The notes under the pieces are model-generated. The model was given only the letters and a program-made list of their open reading frames with translations. It was not told where the DNA came from and did no database searches. Of a stretch of 32,000 nucleotides of DNA, positions 9,299-18,435 are shown one piece after another. A program made the translations under genes and the position numbers. Source of the stretch: Desulfotalea psychrophila LSv54 (GTDB taxonomy: Bacteria > Desulfobacterota > Desulfobulbia > Desulfobulbales > Desulfocapsaceae); assembly GCF_000025945.1 (NCBI RefSeq), contig NC_006138.1, forward strand, positions 30,001-62,000, in the 5' to 3' direction. Positions within the stretch are counted from its first letter, which is position 1. Each line of letters starts with the position of its first letter.

Positions 9299-10832
9299 TC
9301 TTTAGCTTTAACTTAATGGCATTACGCAAACTTGACGACAACATCATGGATATCGACAAGGCGGTCAAGCCAACACTTGCTACATAAAAAAACATTACCC
9401 AACGGTTATCACTCTCAATAGGCAACCACAGTGTTGACAGTCCCACTAGAAAAGCTGGCATATAAATAGCTAAACCATCTTTTAACAACCACTCAAGATG
9501 AAGCCCTGGTTCAAGCTTATGGTGCACATAGGCGGTCCAAGTTAATAAATATAAAAAATTAATTATCATCCAAACATAACCAGCACCGACACCACCGTAA
9601 TGGGAGGCGGCAAAGATAATAGCAGGTATCAAGAAAATAACCATGATTACATTACCAATAAGGTGGTAACGAAGATTCCCCTTAGCATACTGCAGATAGT
9701 ACGGGAAAGCTGACACCGCAAGAAAGCCATTGCCTACTGCATATAATCGCAATATAGGAGATGCATTAATAGCAAGCCCTCTATCACCTGTCCAGGCGAC
9801 CAGCAAAGGTTCGGCGCAGAAGGCAATGGTAATCGCGGCCGAACCGGCAATCACACTTACCAGTTGAGTAGCGTTGCGATAAACCTGAATTAATTCTTCG
9901 TGTTTACCTTCGGCATGTAGCCTAGCCATACGTGGCATAATCGCGCTGCTAATAGGGCCGCTTATTACCATAATGCCCCCCGCTACCAATACTGCAAGGG
10001 TAAAGTAACCGTATTCCGCTAAGGGTAGAATACCAGAGAGGATCAGTTTATCTGTCTGGGTAACCAGCACCCATACTGATGAGGTGAAGGCAATGGTTAA
10101 GGCAAATTTCAATACCGGTTTTACAGGATTGAATGACCAGCCGATCGATTGTGGCAATTGGCTAGCTGACGGCAACAACCTGCCACTCATCAGCCATAAT
10201 CCTGTCACCTCAAACACTGCAACCAACAGCTGATGGACAAAAAAGACAACGGGCGTAAAACCATAAATCCACATGCTGAGGAATACGGCAATAAAACGCA
10301 GGGTGGCGACCAACGCATTAAAACAACTTAGCCAGACCAATCGCTCAGAGCCCGTTATCACCCCTCGGTATAAGCCACCCATCCAACGCAGGGCTACACT
10401 GATAGCCATAATTTCGACCGCCAAGACCACTTCGCTCAAGGGCAAGCTAGTCACTTTAAGCCAACGAGTGGCAACAAACTCTGAGAATAGCCATAGTCCA
10501 CCTCCACCCGAGATAGCAATACCTGCAAAAATCAGACTAAGGGCCCGAAATAGTTGGCGATAGGCTAGCGCCGACATAGAGCCGCCGTGATAACGCGCGG
10601 TTTCGCGACCAATAGTCGGAGTTAAGCCCAAATCAAGCAAGGAAAACCAGGCTTGCAGCATGGTAAAAAAGCCTACAAGCCCATAGGCCTCTGCACCCAT
10701 ATATTTAATATACAAGGGAAGAATAAGGATTCCAACACCAGTCACATAAACCTGACTAATATAGTTGGCAATAATATTTTTTTTAAGAGACAAAGATACT
10801 TTTACAAAGTTAATTTGATAAGGAGAATTCAT
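9288..10832 (-). CDS. wzx: Wzx-type O-unit flippase (MOP/polysaccharide biosynthesis protein family)
   Basis: 514 aa with about 12-14 TM segments. The N-terminal LKKNIIANYISQVYVTGVGILILPLYIKYMGAEAYGLVGFF matches the Wzx/RfbX N-terminal pattern. It overlaps the upstream GNAT gene by 23 nt. Confidence 0.75.
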   Translation of the reverse strand: MNSPYQINFVKVSLSLKKNIIANYISQVYVTGVGILILPLYIKYMGAEAYGLVGFFTMLQAWFSLLDLGLTPTIGRETARYHGGSMSALAYRQLFRALSLIFAGIAISGGGGLWLFSEFVATRWLKVTSLPLSEVVLAVEIMAISVALRWMGGLYRGVITGSERLVWLSCFNALVATLRFIAVFLSMWIYGFTPVVFFVHQLLVAVFEVTGLWLMSGRLLPSASQLPQSIGWSFNPVKPVLKFALTIAFTSSVWVLVTQTDKLILSGILPLAEYGYFTLAVLVAGGIMVISGPISSAIMPRMARLHAEGKHEELIQVYRNATQLVSVIAGSAAITIAFCAEPLLVAWTGDRGLAINASPILRLYAVGNGFLAVSAFPYYLQYAKGNLRYHLIGNVIMVIFLIPAIIFAASHYGGVGAGYVWMIINFLYLLTWTAYVHHKLEPGLHLEWLLKDGLAIYMPAFLVGLSTLWLPIESDNRWVMFFYVASVGLTALSISMMLSSSLRNAIKLKLKSDG

Positions 10833-11337
10833 TTTTAAGGATAGACATCTGAATCATATTCATATATTTTCCCTCCTTAAAAACTGCTTGTCGATGCTTA
10901 CCTTCTTCAGAAAATCCTACCTTTTTGTAAAGCGCACGTGCAGCTTCATTTTCTTCCAAGACAGTCAGATAAACTCGATTTAGATTTAAATCCAGAAAAG
11001 CATGTTTAAGCGCACCTTCAGTGGCAAAAGTACCAACGCCATTACCTCTAAATTCAACATCACCAATCCAAATTGCAAATTCACAACTCCGAGAAATCCA
11101 ATCGATTGATAATAAGTAAACCGCACCAATTATGTCATTACTGCCATGTTGACATACCGCTAGGCGCACACAGTTAGATCTATTTGAAAAATAGTTATCC
11201 AACCAAGCAGAATCAATACTTTCATCAATATATCTAAAAGGTGCCCCCAGTAAACTGATCAAATCATTATTATTCCGCCACTCATTAATCGTTTTTTGGT
11301 CCTGCCTAGATATCTCTCTGAGATAAAAATCTCTCAT
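10810..11337 (-). CDS. GNAT-family N-acetyltransferase (candidate amino-sugar N-acyltransferase)
   Basis: 175 aa. IWIGDVEFRGNGVGTFATEGALKHAFLDLNLNRVYLTVLEENEAARALYKKVGFSEEG contains GNAT motif A. ATGA overlap with the upstream gene. Confidence 0.75.
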   Translation of the reverse strand: MRDFYLREISRQDQKTINEWRNNNDLISLLGAPFRYIDESIDSAWLDNYFSNRSNCVRLAVCQHGSNDIIGAVYLLSIDWISRSCEFAIWIGDVEFRGNGVGTFATEGALKHAFLDLNLNRVYLTVLEENEAARALYKKVGFSEEGKHRQAVFKEGKYMNMIQMSILKNEFSLSN

Positions 11338-12308
11338 ATCCCTATCCTATTCATCACAGACAATATTATTCTAATTTCCTCAAGAGCGTAACGCTGATCA
11401 CATGGTAACGGGACCAACATATTCACCAGTTTCTGTTCAAAACAGCCATCTTCAACTTTATCAATACATTCCGCCCAGTATGTTGAAATAAAAACTCTAC
11501 TTTTAATTAATATATCTTTAAGGCCTTCTTGAGCATACAGGAATGGATAGACCATTGGCCCATCGACAAACGACAAATTTATATTTATTTTATTGCTACC
11601 GCCAAGGATACTATGGATATATAAAAAATTTTCATTCCTTGCAGTTCTAACAGCATCATAATCAACAACTGACAGGAGCCTTTCTGTCAACTTGGACATT
11701 TTTTTAGGCACGAAATCCATCAAAGTTTTTTCTGCCAACTGATAATCTAAATATCCAAATTCTGCTGAATCTGCAAGTCGTTTTAATAAATGAATAGATC
11801 GTTTAATCGAGTCTTCGTCAATTTCTTCTGGTTCTACCATAGATACGTTCGTTACCAAAAAACCACCATCAGGCACACCAAAAAATTTTCTTGGTGAATA
11901 TATTGTTGCCAAACAATCCAAAGGTGCTTGAAAGAATGCCTGTGAATGATCGAAGACAATCTGATCAGAGTTATATTTCTCAAGTATCTTTAATTGCTGC
12001 TTTCCGCAGACACCAAAGTAATTAACATATAATAACAAATCATTCTCTTGAAGTTTCAAGTCTTCTTTAATTGAAAAATCATCGTTCAAAGAATAAAAAG
12101 AAACTTCGACACCCGCCTTATGCACTGGAGCCAACATTGCATCGCAAATATAAAGAGGCATCCAAATCCTCCGTGGATTCACGTATAGTATCAATGCATA
12201 AAATGCAGATCGAGCAGATTGATACCTCAAAGCCTGTGGGTACAGGCTTTGTTTAGCCACTGGAAGCTCAAGTTCAAAATAACCACCTATAGCTTCAGAA
12301 TTCATCAC
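11334..12308 (-). CDS. Uncharacterised protein, possibly a divergent DegT/WecE-like PLP-fold enzyme
   Basis: 324 aa. YSPRKFFGVPDGGFLV resembles the S-x-x-K...GG PLP-lysine segment of DegT-type enzymes. The N-terminal GGYFELELP is not assignable by me. It is translationally coupled within the amino-sugar block. Confidence 0.35.
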   Translation of the reverse strand: MMNSEAIGGYFELELPVAKQSLYPQALRYQSARSAFYALILYVNPRRIWMPLYICDAMLAPVHKAGVEVSFYSLNDDFSIKEDLKLQENDLLLYVNYFGVCGKQQLKILEKYNSDQIVFDHSQAFFQAPLDCLATIYSPRKFFGVPDGGFLVTNVSMVEPEEIDEDSIKRSIHLLKRLADSAEFGYLDYQLAEKTLMDFVPKKMSKLTERLLSVVDYDAVRTARNENFLYIHSILGGSNKININLSFVDGPMVYPFLYAQEGLKDILIKSRVFISTYWAECIDKVEDGCFEQKLVNMLVPLPCDQRYALEEIRIILSVMNRIGI

Positions 12309-12312
12309 AATC

Positions 12313-13002
12313 TCATACCATTTTATATGATTTTAGCATTTCAACAACTCTCTCTTTTTTGCACCACATTAACACGTCAATCATAGAAAGATACGGGACA
12401 AACTTATTATTTGCCTGTGTATAGCTAACTTCATCCATTTTAATAAATGACAGTTCAATACCGTTAGATTGAAAATAATCTTTATTATAAAGGCTCTGCC
12501 CACCTATACTATTTATATATTTATTTGCCCCAAAACGACGTGTTATATCTATCAGTCTATCCGCTGCAGACAAGCTATGATCATAGTCAAGTTCACTTGA
12601 TTTAATTATTTCTTTTTCTACCCCTAAATAAGCAAACACTTGCGAGAGGCTCTGTTTACAAACTTCAGCTAGAGACCTGTCCTCATAAGTCAGAATCGCT
12701 TCTACAATCGGGAAAATTTCGTTGAAAAAAAGTGCTTTTGAATATGACTGTTGAATAGTCGACAACACCTTTTTGACATCACTTGAAAAAGACAGTTCTT
12801 TAATTTTTTTGTTTGAGGATGCACCCGGCACAGGCACTGTAAACCGCTGAGACTGACCTTTAACGAGAATATTATTCCTATTAATGTAACCGCCTTTTAT
12901 ATAATTAACATCATCATAAACAACAAATTTATCCGCACAGTTGACTAACTGATAGTAACCAAAATATGGGAAGAGATAAGGCTGCATAACAGCTATAACC
13001 AT
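12313..13002 (-). CDS. WbqC-like family protein (function unknown, O-antigen cluster associated)
   Basis: 229 aa. The N-terminus IAVMQPYLFPYFGYYQLV is what I recognise as the WbqC-like family (Pfam PF08889) start. Confidence 0.6.
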   Translation of the reverse strand: MVIAVMQPYLFPYFGYYQLVNCADKFVVYDDVNYIKGGYINRNNILVKGQSQRFTVPVPGASSNKKIKELSFSSDVKKVLSTIQQSYSKALFFNEIFPIVEAILTYEDRSLAEVCKQSLSQVFAYLGVEKEIIKSSELDYDHSLSAADRLIDITRRFGANKYINSIGGQSLYNKDYFQSNGIELSFIKMDEVSYTQANNKFVPYLSMIDVLMWCKKERVVEMLKSYKMV

Positions 13003-13004
13003 TT

Positions 13005-14111
13005 CTACACCTTCTTAAAAAAACTAACAACTCGTTGCAAACCATTTAAGTCAAGAGTCGGATAAATAGGCAAGCACAAAACCTTACTTGCTACCTCTGT
13101 TGCGACAGAAAGGTTCTCTTTCTTACTTGAAGGTTCCCCCCTATACATAGGAAAATCACTCATCAGCGGATAAAAATAACGCCTGGCATAGATATTATTA
13201 TCTTTAAGTTTCTGATACAACACATCACGCGTAAGCGGATACTCTTCCTCCACCAAAACGGGAAAATATGAGTAATTTTGTTTCAGTGCTGAAGAAGATG
13301 GGACGGTAATTCCCTTCACATCCCTTAATTGTTCGCGATAATACTCATCAACCAAGCTACGTTGTTTTATTGCTTCATCAATATAATTAAGCTGCACCAG
13401 ACCAAAGGCACCATTAACCTCACTCATCTTGCCATTGATACCTGCAAGAGCCACCGTTGTCTCATCGACAAAGCCAAAGTTTTTCAGCTGATCAATACGC
13501 TGCTTAATCTCAGCATTTTTACAGACAATGGCTCCCCCCTCAAAGGTATTAAAGACCTTGGTGGCGTGAAAGCTCAACACACTAAGATCACCGTGGCGTA
13601 GTATGCTGCCACCCTTATCCTGCACGGCAAAGGCATGGGCTGCATCGTAAATAACTTTTAACTTATGCCTCTGAGCAATCTCATTAATGGCTTTCACATC
13701 ACAAGGATTGCCATAGCAGTGCACGGGCATAATAGCAGTCGTCGCTGGAGTGATCGCCGCTTCAACCTTAGCAGGATCGAGGTTTAGAGTCTCAGAATCA
13801 ATATCGACAAAAACAGGTTTAAGCCCATTCCAGACAATTGAGTTAGCCGTTGCAACAAAGGAGTAGGGGGTCGTAATTACCTCACCAGTAATTCCTAGTG
13901 CTTGAAGCGCAGTGATAAGCGCAATTGTTCCGTTATTAAACAAACAGATGTGCTCAACCCCAAGATAATCACAGAGGGCCTGCTCAAAACGTTGATGCAT
14001 AGGGCCACAATTTGACAAGATCTTACTCTCCCAAATTTCCTTGAGCAGAGGGGTGAACTCTTCTAAGGGTGGTAAAAAAGGTTGCGTTACATAGATATTT
14101 TTCTCTTTCAT
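13005..14111 (-). CDS. DegT/DnrJ/EryC1/StrS-family PLP aminotransferase (dTDP-4-keto-6-deoxyhexose aminotransferase, VioA/WecE/WbtI-like)
   Basis: 368 aa. [19 protein letters not shown] contains the PLP lysine. It lies directly downstream of rmlA/rmlB, with no rmlC/rmlD in the window. Confidence 0.85.
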   Translation of the reverse strand: MKEKNIYVTQPFLPPLEEFTPLLKEIWESKILSNCGPMHQRFEQALCDYLGVEHICLFNNGTIALITALQALGITGEVITTPYSFVATANSIVWNGLKPVFVDIDSETLNLDPAKVEAAITPATTAIMPVHCYGNPCDVKAINEIAQRHKLKVIYDAAHAFAVQDKGGSILRHGDLSVLSFHATKVFNTFEGGAIVCKNAEIKQRIDQLKNFGFVDETTVALAGINGKMSEVNGAFGLVQLNYIDEAIKQRSLVDEYYREQLRDVKGITVPSSSALKQNYSYFPVLVEEEYPLTRDVLYQKLKDNNIYARRYFYPLMSDFPMYRGEPSSKKENLSVATEVASKVLCLPIYPTLDLNGLQRVVSFFKKV

Positions 14112-14989
14112 TTTGCCTCCGCAATAAGGGTAAGAAGATATTTTCCATAACAGCCCTTGCTCAATCTCTGACCTACCTCCCGCACAGACTCAATAGAGAG
14201 CCAACCATTGTTGTAGGCTATCTCCTCCAAACAGGCCACCTTATAGCCCTGACGCTTCTCTATTGTCTCCACAAACTGGGCTGCTTCAAGCAGGCTCTCA
14301 TGGGTTCCCGTATCAAGCCAGGCAAAACCACGACCCAATAACTGAACATTCAGATCATTCAGGGCCAGATAAGCATTGTTGACCGAGGTTATTTCCAGCT
14401 CTCCACGGGAGGAGGGCTTAACCTCTTTCGCTATCTTAACCACCCTGTTGTCATAAAAATAGAGTCCTGTCACCGCATAGTTTGACTTAGGCTGAGCTGG
14501 TTTCTCCTCAATGGATCGTACCCGTCTCTCCTCGTCAAATTCAACTATGCCAAAGCGTGCCGGGTCTTTCACCTGGTAGGCAAAGACGGTGGCCCCTCTG
14601 CCAGACTGGGCTGTGACAACAGCCTGTTGCAACATGGGGGAAAAGCCTTGGCCATAATAGACGTTGTCACCGAGGATGAGACAGACATCATCATCACCAA
14701 TAAACTCTTCACCCAGGATAAAGGCCTGAGCCAAGCCATCGGGGCTTGGTTGCACCACATAGGAGAGATCAACACCAAACTGACTTCCATCTCCCAGGAG
14801 ACGTTGAAAACTGGCAAGGTCCTCAGGGGTGGTAATGATCAAAATCTCCCGAATACCAGCGAGCATAAGCACCGAAAGGGGATAATAGATCATGGGCTTA
14901 TCGTAGATAGGAAGGAGTTGTTTTGAGACACCCATGGTAATGGGGTAGAGACGCGTTCCTGAACCGCCTGCTAAAATAATACCTTTCAT
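14108..14989 (-). CDS. rfbA: Glucose-1-phosphate thymidylyltransferase
   Basis: 293 aa. [57 protein letters not shown] is canonical RmlA. Confidence 0.95.
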   Translation of the reverse strand: MKGIILAGGSGTRLYPITMGVSKQLLPIYDKPMIYYPLSVLMLAGIREILIITTPEDLASFQRLLGDGSQFGVDLSYVVQPSPDGLAQAFILGEEFIGDDDVCLILGDNVYYGQGFSPMLQQAVVTAQSGRGATVFAYQVKDPARFGIVEFDEERRVRSIEEKPAQPKSNYAVTGLYFYDNRVVKIAKEVKPSSRGELEITSVNNAYLALNDLNVQLLGRGFAWLDTGTHESLLEAAQFVETIEKRQGYKVACLEEIAYNNGWLSIESVREVGQRLSKGCYGKYLLTLIAEAK

Positions 14990-16047
14990 TATGCTCTTAC
15001 TCCTAAACGCTGACGATTATAGGAGCCATCAAGCACTCTGCTCCACCATCCTTTATTATCAAGATACCACTGAACTGTTTTACGGATGCCAGACTCAAAT
15101 GTCTCCTGGGGTCGCCAACCGAGCTCCCGTTCTATCTTGCCTGCATCAATGGCATAGCGCAGATCATGGCCGGGACGGTCAGCAACATGGCTTATCAAAT
15201 CTCTGTAGGAGCTACCCTCTTCACCAGGAACCATTTCCTGCAAAACATCACAGAGAGTATGAACAACCTCCAGATTACTCTTTTCGTTATGCCCCCCGAT
15301 ATTATAGGTCTCTCCAATTTTCCCCTGCCGAAGCACGAGAAGAAGAGCACGGGCGTGATCCTCGACATGAAGCCAATCTCGGATTTGCTGCCCATTACCA
15401 TAGATAGGTAGAGCTTTGCCTTCCAGGGCATTGAGGATCATGAGAGGAATGAGTTTCTCAGGGAATTGGTAGGGACCATAATTGTTAGAGCAGTTGGTGA
15501 TAATAGTTGGAAAACCGTAGGTCCGTTGCCATGCTCTAACCAGATGGTCACTGGCTGCCTTGGAGGCTGAGTATGGACTGCTTGGCGCATAGGAGGTCTC
15601 TTCGGTAAAGAATTCCTCAGGATCTGCAAGATCTCCATAGACCTCATCGGTTGAGACATGGTGAAAGCGAAAACACTCTCTCCTCTCTTCAGGTAGAGCA
15701 GACCAATATTTTTGAGCCACCTGTAAAATGGTGGAGGTACCCACAATATTGGTCTCTACAAAGGTTGCCGGGCCATCTATGGAGCGATCGACATGACTCT
15801 CGGCGGCCAGATGCATAACAGCATCGGGCTGGTGGATAGCAAAAACACGTACCAACTCTTCACGGTCACAGATATCCACCTGCTCAAAGAGGTAATGCTC
15901 ATTCCCGGCAACACCCTCTAGGGACTCAAGATTACCCGCATAGGTGAGTTTATCGAGATTAACGACACTGTCATCCGTATTTTCTAGTATATGGCGAATA
16001 ACCGCAGATCCTATAAAACCTGCACCGCCTGTTACTAATATTTTCAT
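14989..16047 (-). CDS. rfbB: dTDP-glucose 4,6-dehydratase
   Basis: [16 protein letters not shown]..., [15 protein letters not shown] (catalytic YxxxK), collinear with RmlB. I chose the ATG at 16047, giving 352 aa. The track ORF start at 16098 would overlap the upstream gene. The ATG at 16062 is an alternative. Confidence 0.92.
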   Translation of the reverse strand: MKILVTGGAGFIGSAVIRHILENTDDSVVNLDKLTYAGNLESLEGVAGNEHYLFEQVDICDREELVRVFAIHQPDAVMHLAAESHVDRSIDGPATFVETNIVGTSTILQVAQKYWSALPEERRECFRFHHVSTDEVYGDLADPEEFFTEETSYAPSSPYSASKAASDHLVRAWQRTYGFPTIITNCSNNYGPYQFPEKLIPLMILNALEGKALPIYGNGQQIRDWLHVEDHARALLLVLRQGKIGETYNIGGHNEKSNLEVVHTLCDVLQEMVPGEEGSSYRDLISHVADRPGHDLRYAIDAGKIERELGWRPQETFESGIRKTVQWYLDNKGWWSRVLDGSYNRQRLGVRA

Positions 16048-16063
16048 AGCCCTCTGAGACATT

Positions 16064-17101
16064 TTATTTATGCCCGGAGACGGAAAGACTCTGCACATAC
16101 CAGCCCATAGCCTTCTCTATTCCCGCACCAATTTTATACTGTGGACTATATCCCAAAAGCCTTTTTATCTTAGTGGTATCTGCCTGAGAATGCCGCACAT
16201 CACCTGCACGAAAGTCACGATAGCTCGGATCTAGGTTATAGACTATGCCATGATCTGCAAGATTATGCTTTATGAGGTTGAACAGTTCATTGAGTGTTGT
16301 CCTATCGCCAACGGCAACATTGTAGACATTGTCCCTAGCCTCTTCTGTCGCTGTTGCAGCAAGGATATTTGCCTGTACTGCATTCTCTATAAAGCAAAAA
16401 TCACGGCTGGTCTCTCCATCACCATTGATAAAAACAGTTTCATCATTAATCATGGCCGCAGTCCAGAGGGGAATGACAGCCGCATAGGCACCATTGGGAT
16501 CCTGACGTTTACCCAGAATATTAAAGTAGCGAAGACCTATGGTCTTAAAACTATAGGTTCTGGCAAAGACAGAGGCGTAGAGCTCATTGACATATTTGGT
16601 TACAGCATAGGGAGAGAGGGGATTACCTATATTCTCCTCTACCTTAGGCAGGGCTGGGTGGTCACCATAGGTAGAGCTGGAGGCGGCATAGGTAAAGCTT
16701 TTCACCTCAGCATCACGAGCCGCCACAAGCATATTCAAAAACCCACTGATATTGGTATTGTTGGTGGTAATCGGGTCAACAATGGAACGAGGCACAGAAC
16801 CAAGAGCTGCCTGCTGGAGCACATAGTCAACGCCCTGACAGGCTTCTTGGCAGGCATCAAGACTACAAATATCCCCTTCAATAAAACGAAAGTTTTGCCA
16901 TTGAGCATCTGTCACCGCCCCTTCAACTTCATCAAGGTTATGCTGGTATCCTGTAACAAAATTATCGAGACCCACAACTTTTTGCCCCAGGCCAAGAAGA
17001 GTCTCTAAAAGGTTAGAGCCAATAAATCCTGCAACACCTGTGATAAGCCAGGTCTTGGGGCTATCTTTTAATTCCTGTTGTACCTCTTGGTATCTTGTCA
17101 T
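16064..17101 (-). CDS. wbpP: UDP-GlcNAc(A) C4-epimerase, WbpP/TviC type (SDR)
   Basis: 345 aa. The stretch [19 protein letters not shown]...[11 protein letters not shown]...NLDEV...[55 protein letters not shown]...[17 protein letters not shown] is near-collinear with P. aeruginosa WbpP as I recall it. Confidence 0.88.
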   Translation of the reverse strand: MTRYQEVQQELKDSPKTWLITGVAGFIGSNLLETLLGLGQKVVGLDNFVTGYQHNLDEVEGAVTDAQWQNFRFIEGDICSLDACQEACQGVDYVLQQAALGSVPRSIVDPITTNNTNISGFLNMLVAARDAEVKSFTYAASSSTYGDHPALPKVEENIGNPLSPYAVTKYVNELYASVFARTYSFKTIGLRYFNILGKRQDPNGAYAAVIPLWTAAMINDETVFINGDGETSRDFCFIENAVQANILAATATEEARDNVYNVAVGDRTTLNELFNLIKHNLADHGIVYNLDPSYRDFRAGDVRHSQADTTKIKRLLGYSPQYKIGAGIEKAMGWYVQSLSVSGHK

Positions 17102-17109
17102 TCCTACAC

Positions 17110-18390
17110 CTATAGCCTTATATCAACAACTGCCCTGGGCAGTATATATTTAAGATCGTATACAACTGATTTTTCCCTCAGCAAATCTTGTAAACCGGAC
17201 TCTCCAAGGGCTACAAACTCATTATGAGCTACAGCCACAACTACGGCATCATACTTATTTTGCCCTGGTTTTTCTACAGGAGAAATGCCATACTCTTTTT
17301 CCGCCTCAATCTTAGAAACCCAAGGGTCATAGACATCTACCTGGATATTATACTGGGCGAGCTCCGAGATAATATCCACCACCTTGGTATTGCGCAGATC
17401 AGGACAGTTTTCCTTAAAGGTGAGACCAAGAAGGAGGACATTGGCACCTTCCACCTGAATTCGTTTCTTGATAAGCGCCTTTACAAGCTGCGAGGCAACA
17501 TAGCTTCCCATATTATCATTGATGCGACGCCCTGAGAGAATCACCTCTGGATGGTAACCCACGGATTGGGCCTTATGGGTGAGATAGTATGGGTCAACCC
17601 CGATGCAGTGTCCCCCCACCAGACCCGGTCTAAAGGGAAGGAAGTTCCACTTTGTTCCTGCTGCCTCTAAAACTTCTTCGGTATCAATACCAAGTTTATT
17701 AAAGATGATGGCAAGCTCATTGATAAGGGCAATATTCAAATCCCGTTGCGTATTTTCAATCACCTTAGCAGCCTCAGCCACCCGAATAGAAGAGGCCTTA
17801 TGGGTTCCCGCTATAATAATTGAAGAGTAGAGTTCATCCACAAAGTCGGCTATCTGCTCAGTAGAGCCCGAGGTAACCTTTTTGATCATGGTCACGCTAT
17901 GCTCTTTATCGCCGGGATTAATACGCTCTGGGCTATACCCCGCAAAAAAATCTTTATTATAGGAGAGACCTGAAACACGCTCTAAAACAGGCACACAGTT
18001 CTCTTCGGTGGCACCAGGGTAGACAGTGGACTCATATATGACAATATCACCCTTGGAGAGAACTTGGCCCAAACTCTCTGAAGCCTTTACCAGGGGAGAG
18101 AGGTCTGGACATTTATGCTCATCAATGGGGGTCGGCACAGTGACAATATAGACATTACAGTCCCGCAGATCTTCAAGGTTTGTAGAATACTGTAACTCAC
18201 TGGCCTTACTCAACTCTTCTGCTGAACATTCCAGGGTGAAGTCGCTACCAGCGACAAGATCACGGACACGGCTCTCATTTAGGTCAAAGCCAATCGTCGA
18301 GATTTTTTTACCAAACTCAACAGCCAGGGGTAAACCGACATAGCCAAGACCAACAATACCAATTTTAGTAGTATCAAGCGAATATTCCAT
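17110..18390 (-). CDS. wbpO: UDP-N-acetyl-D-glucosamine/galactosamine 6-dehydrogenase, WbpO/TviB type
   Basis: 426 aa. The N-terminal [18 protein letters not shown] is the NAD-binding motif of nucleotide-sugar dehydrogenases. It is paired with the wbpP-like gene. Confidence 0.88.
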   Translation of the reverse strand: MEYSLDTTKIGIVGLGYVGLPLAVEFGKKISTIGFDLNESRVRDLVAGSDFTLECSAEELSKASELQYSTNLEDLRDCNVYIVTVPTPIDEHKCPDLSPLVKASESLGQVLSKGDIVIYESTVYPGATEENCVPVLERVSGLSYNKDFFAGYSPERINPGDKEHSVTMIKKVTSGSTEQIADFVDELYSSIIIAGTHKASSIRVAEAAKVIENTQRDLNIALINELAIIFNKLGIDTEEVLEAAGTKWNFLPFRPGLVGGHCIGVDPYYLTHKAQSVGYHPEVILSGRRINDNMGSYVASQLVKALIKKRIQVEGANVLLLGLTFKENCPDLRNTKVVDIISELAQYNIQVDVYDPWVSKIEAEKEYGISPVEKPGQNKYDAVVVAVAHNEFVALGESGLQDLLREKSVVYDLKYILPRAVVDIRL

Positions 18391-18435
18391 ACACTGCCTT
18401 TTTCATAAATTTCTTATAATTTTTCGGATAATAGA

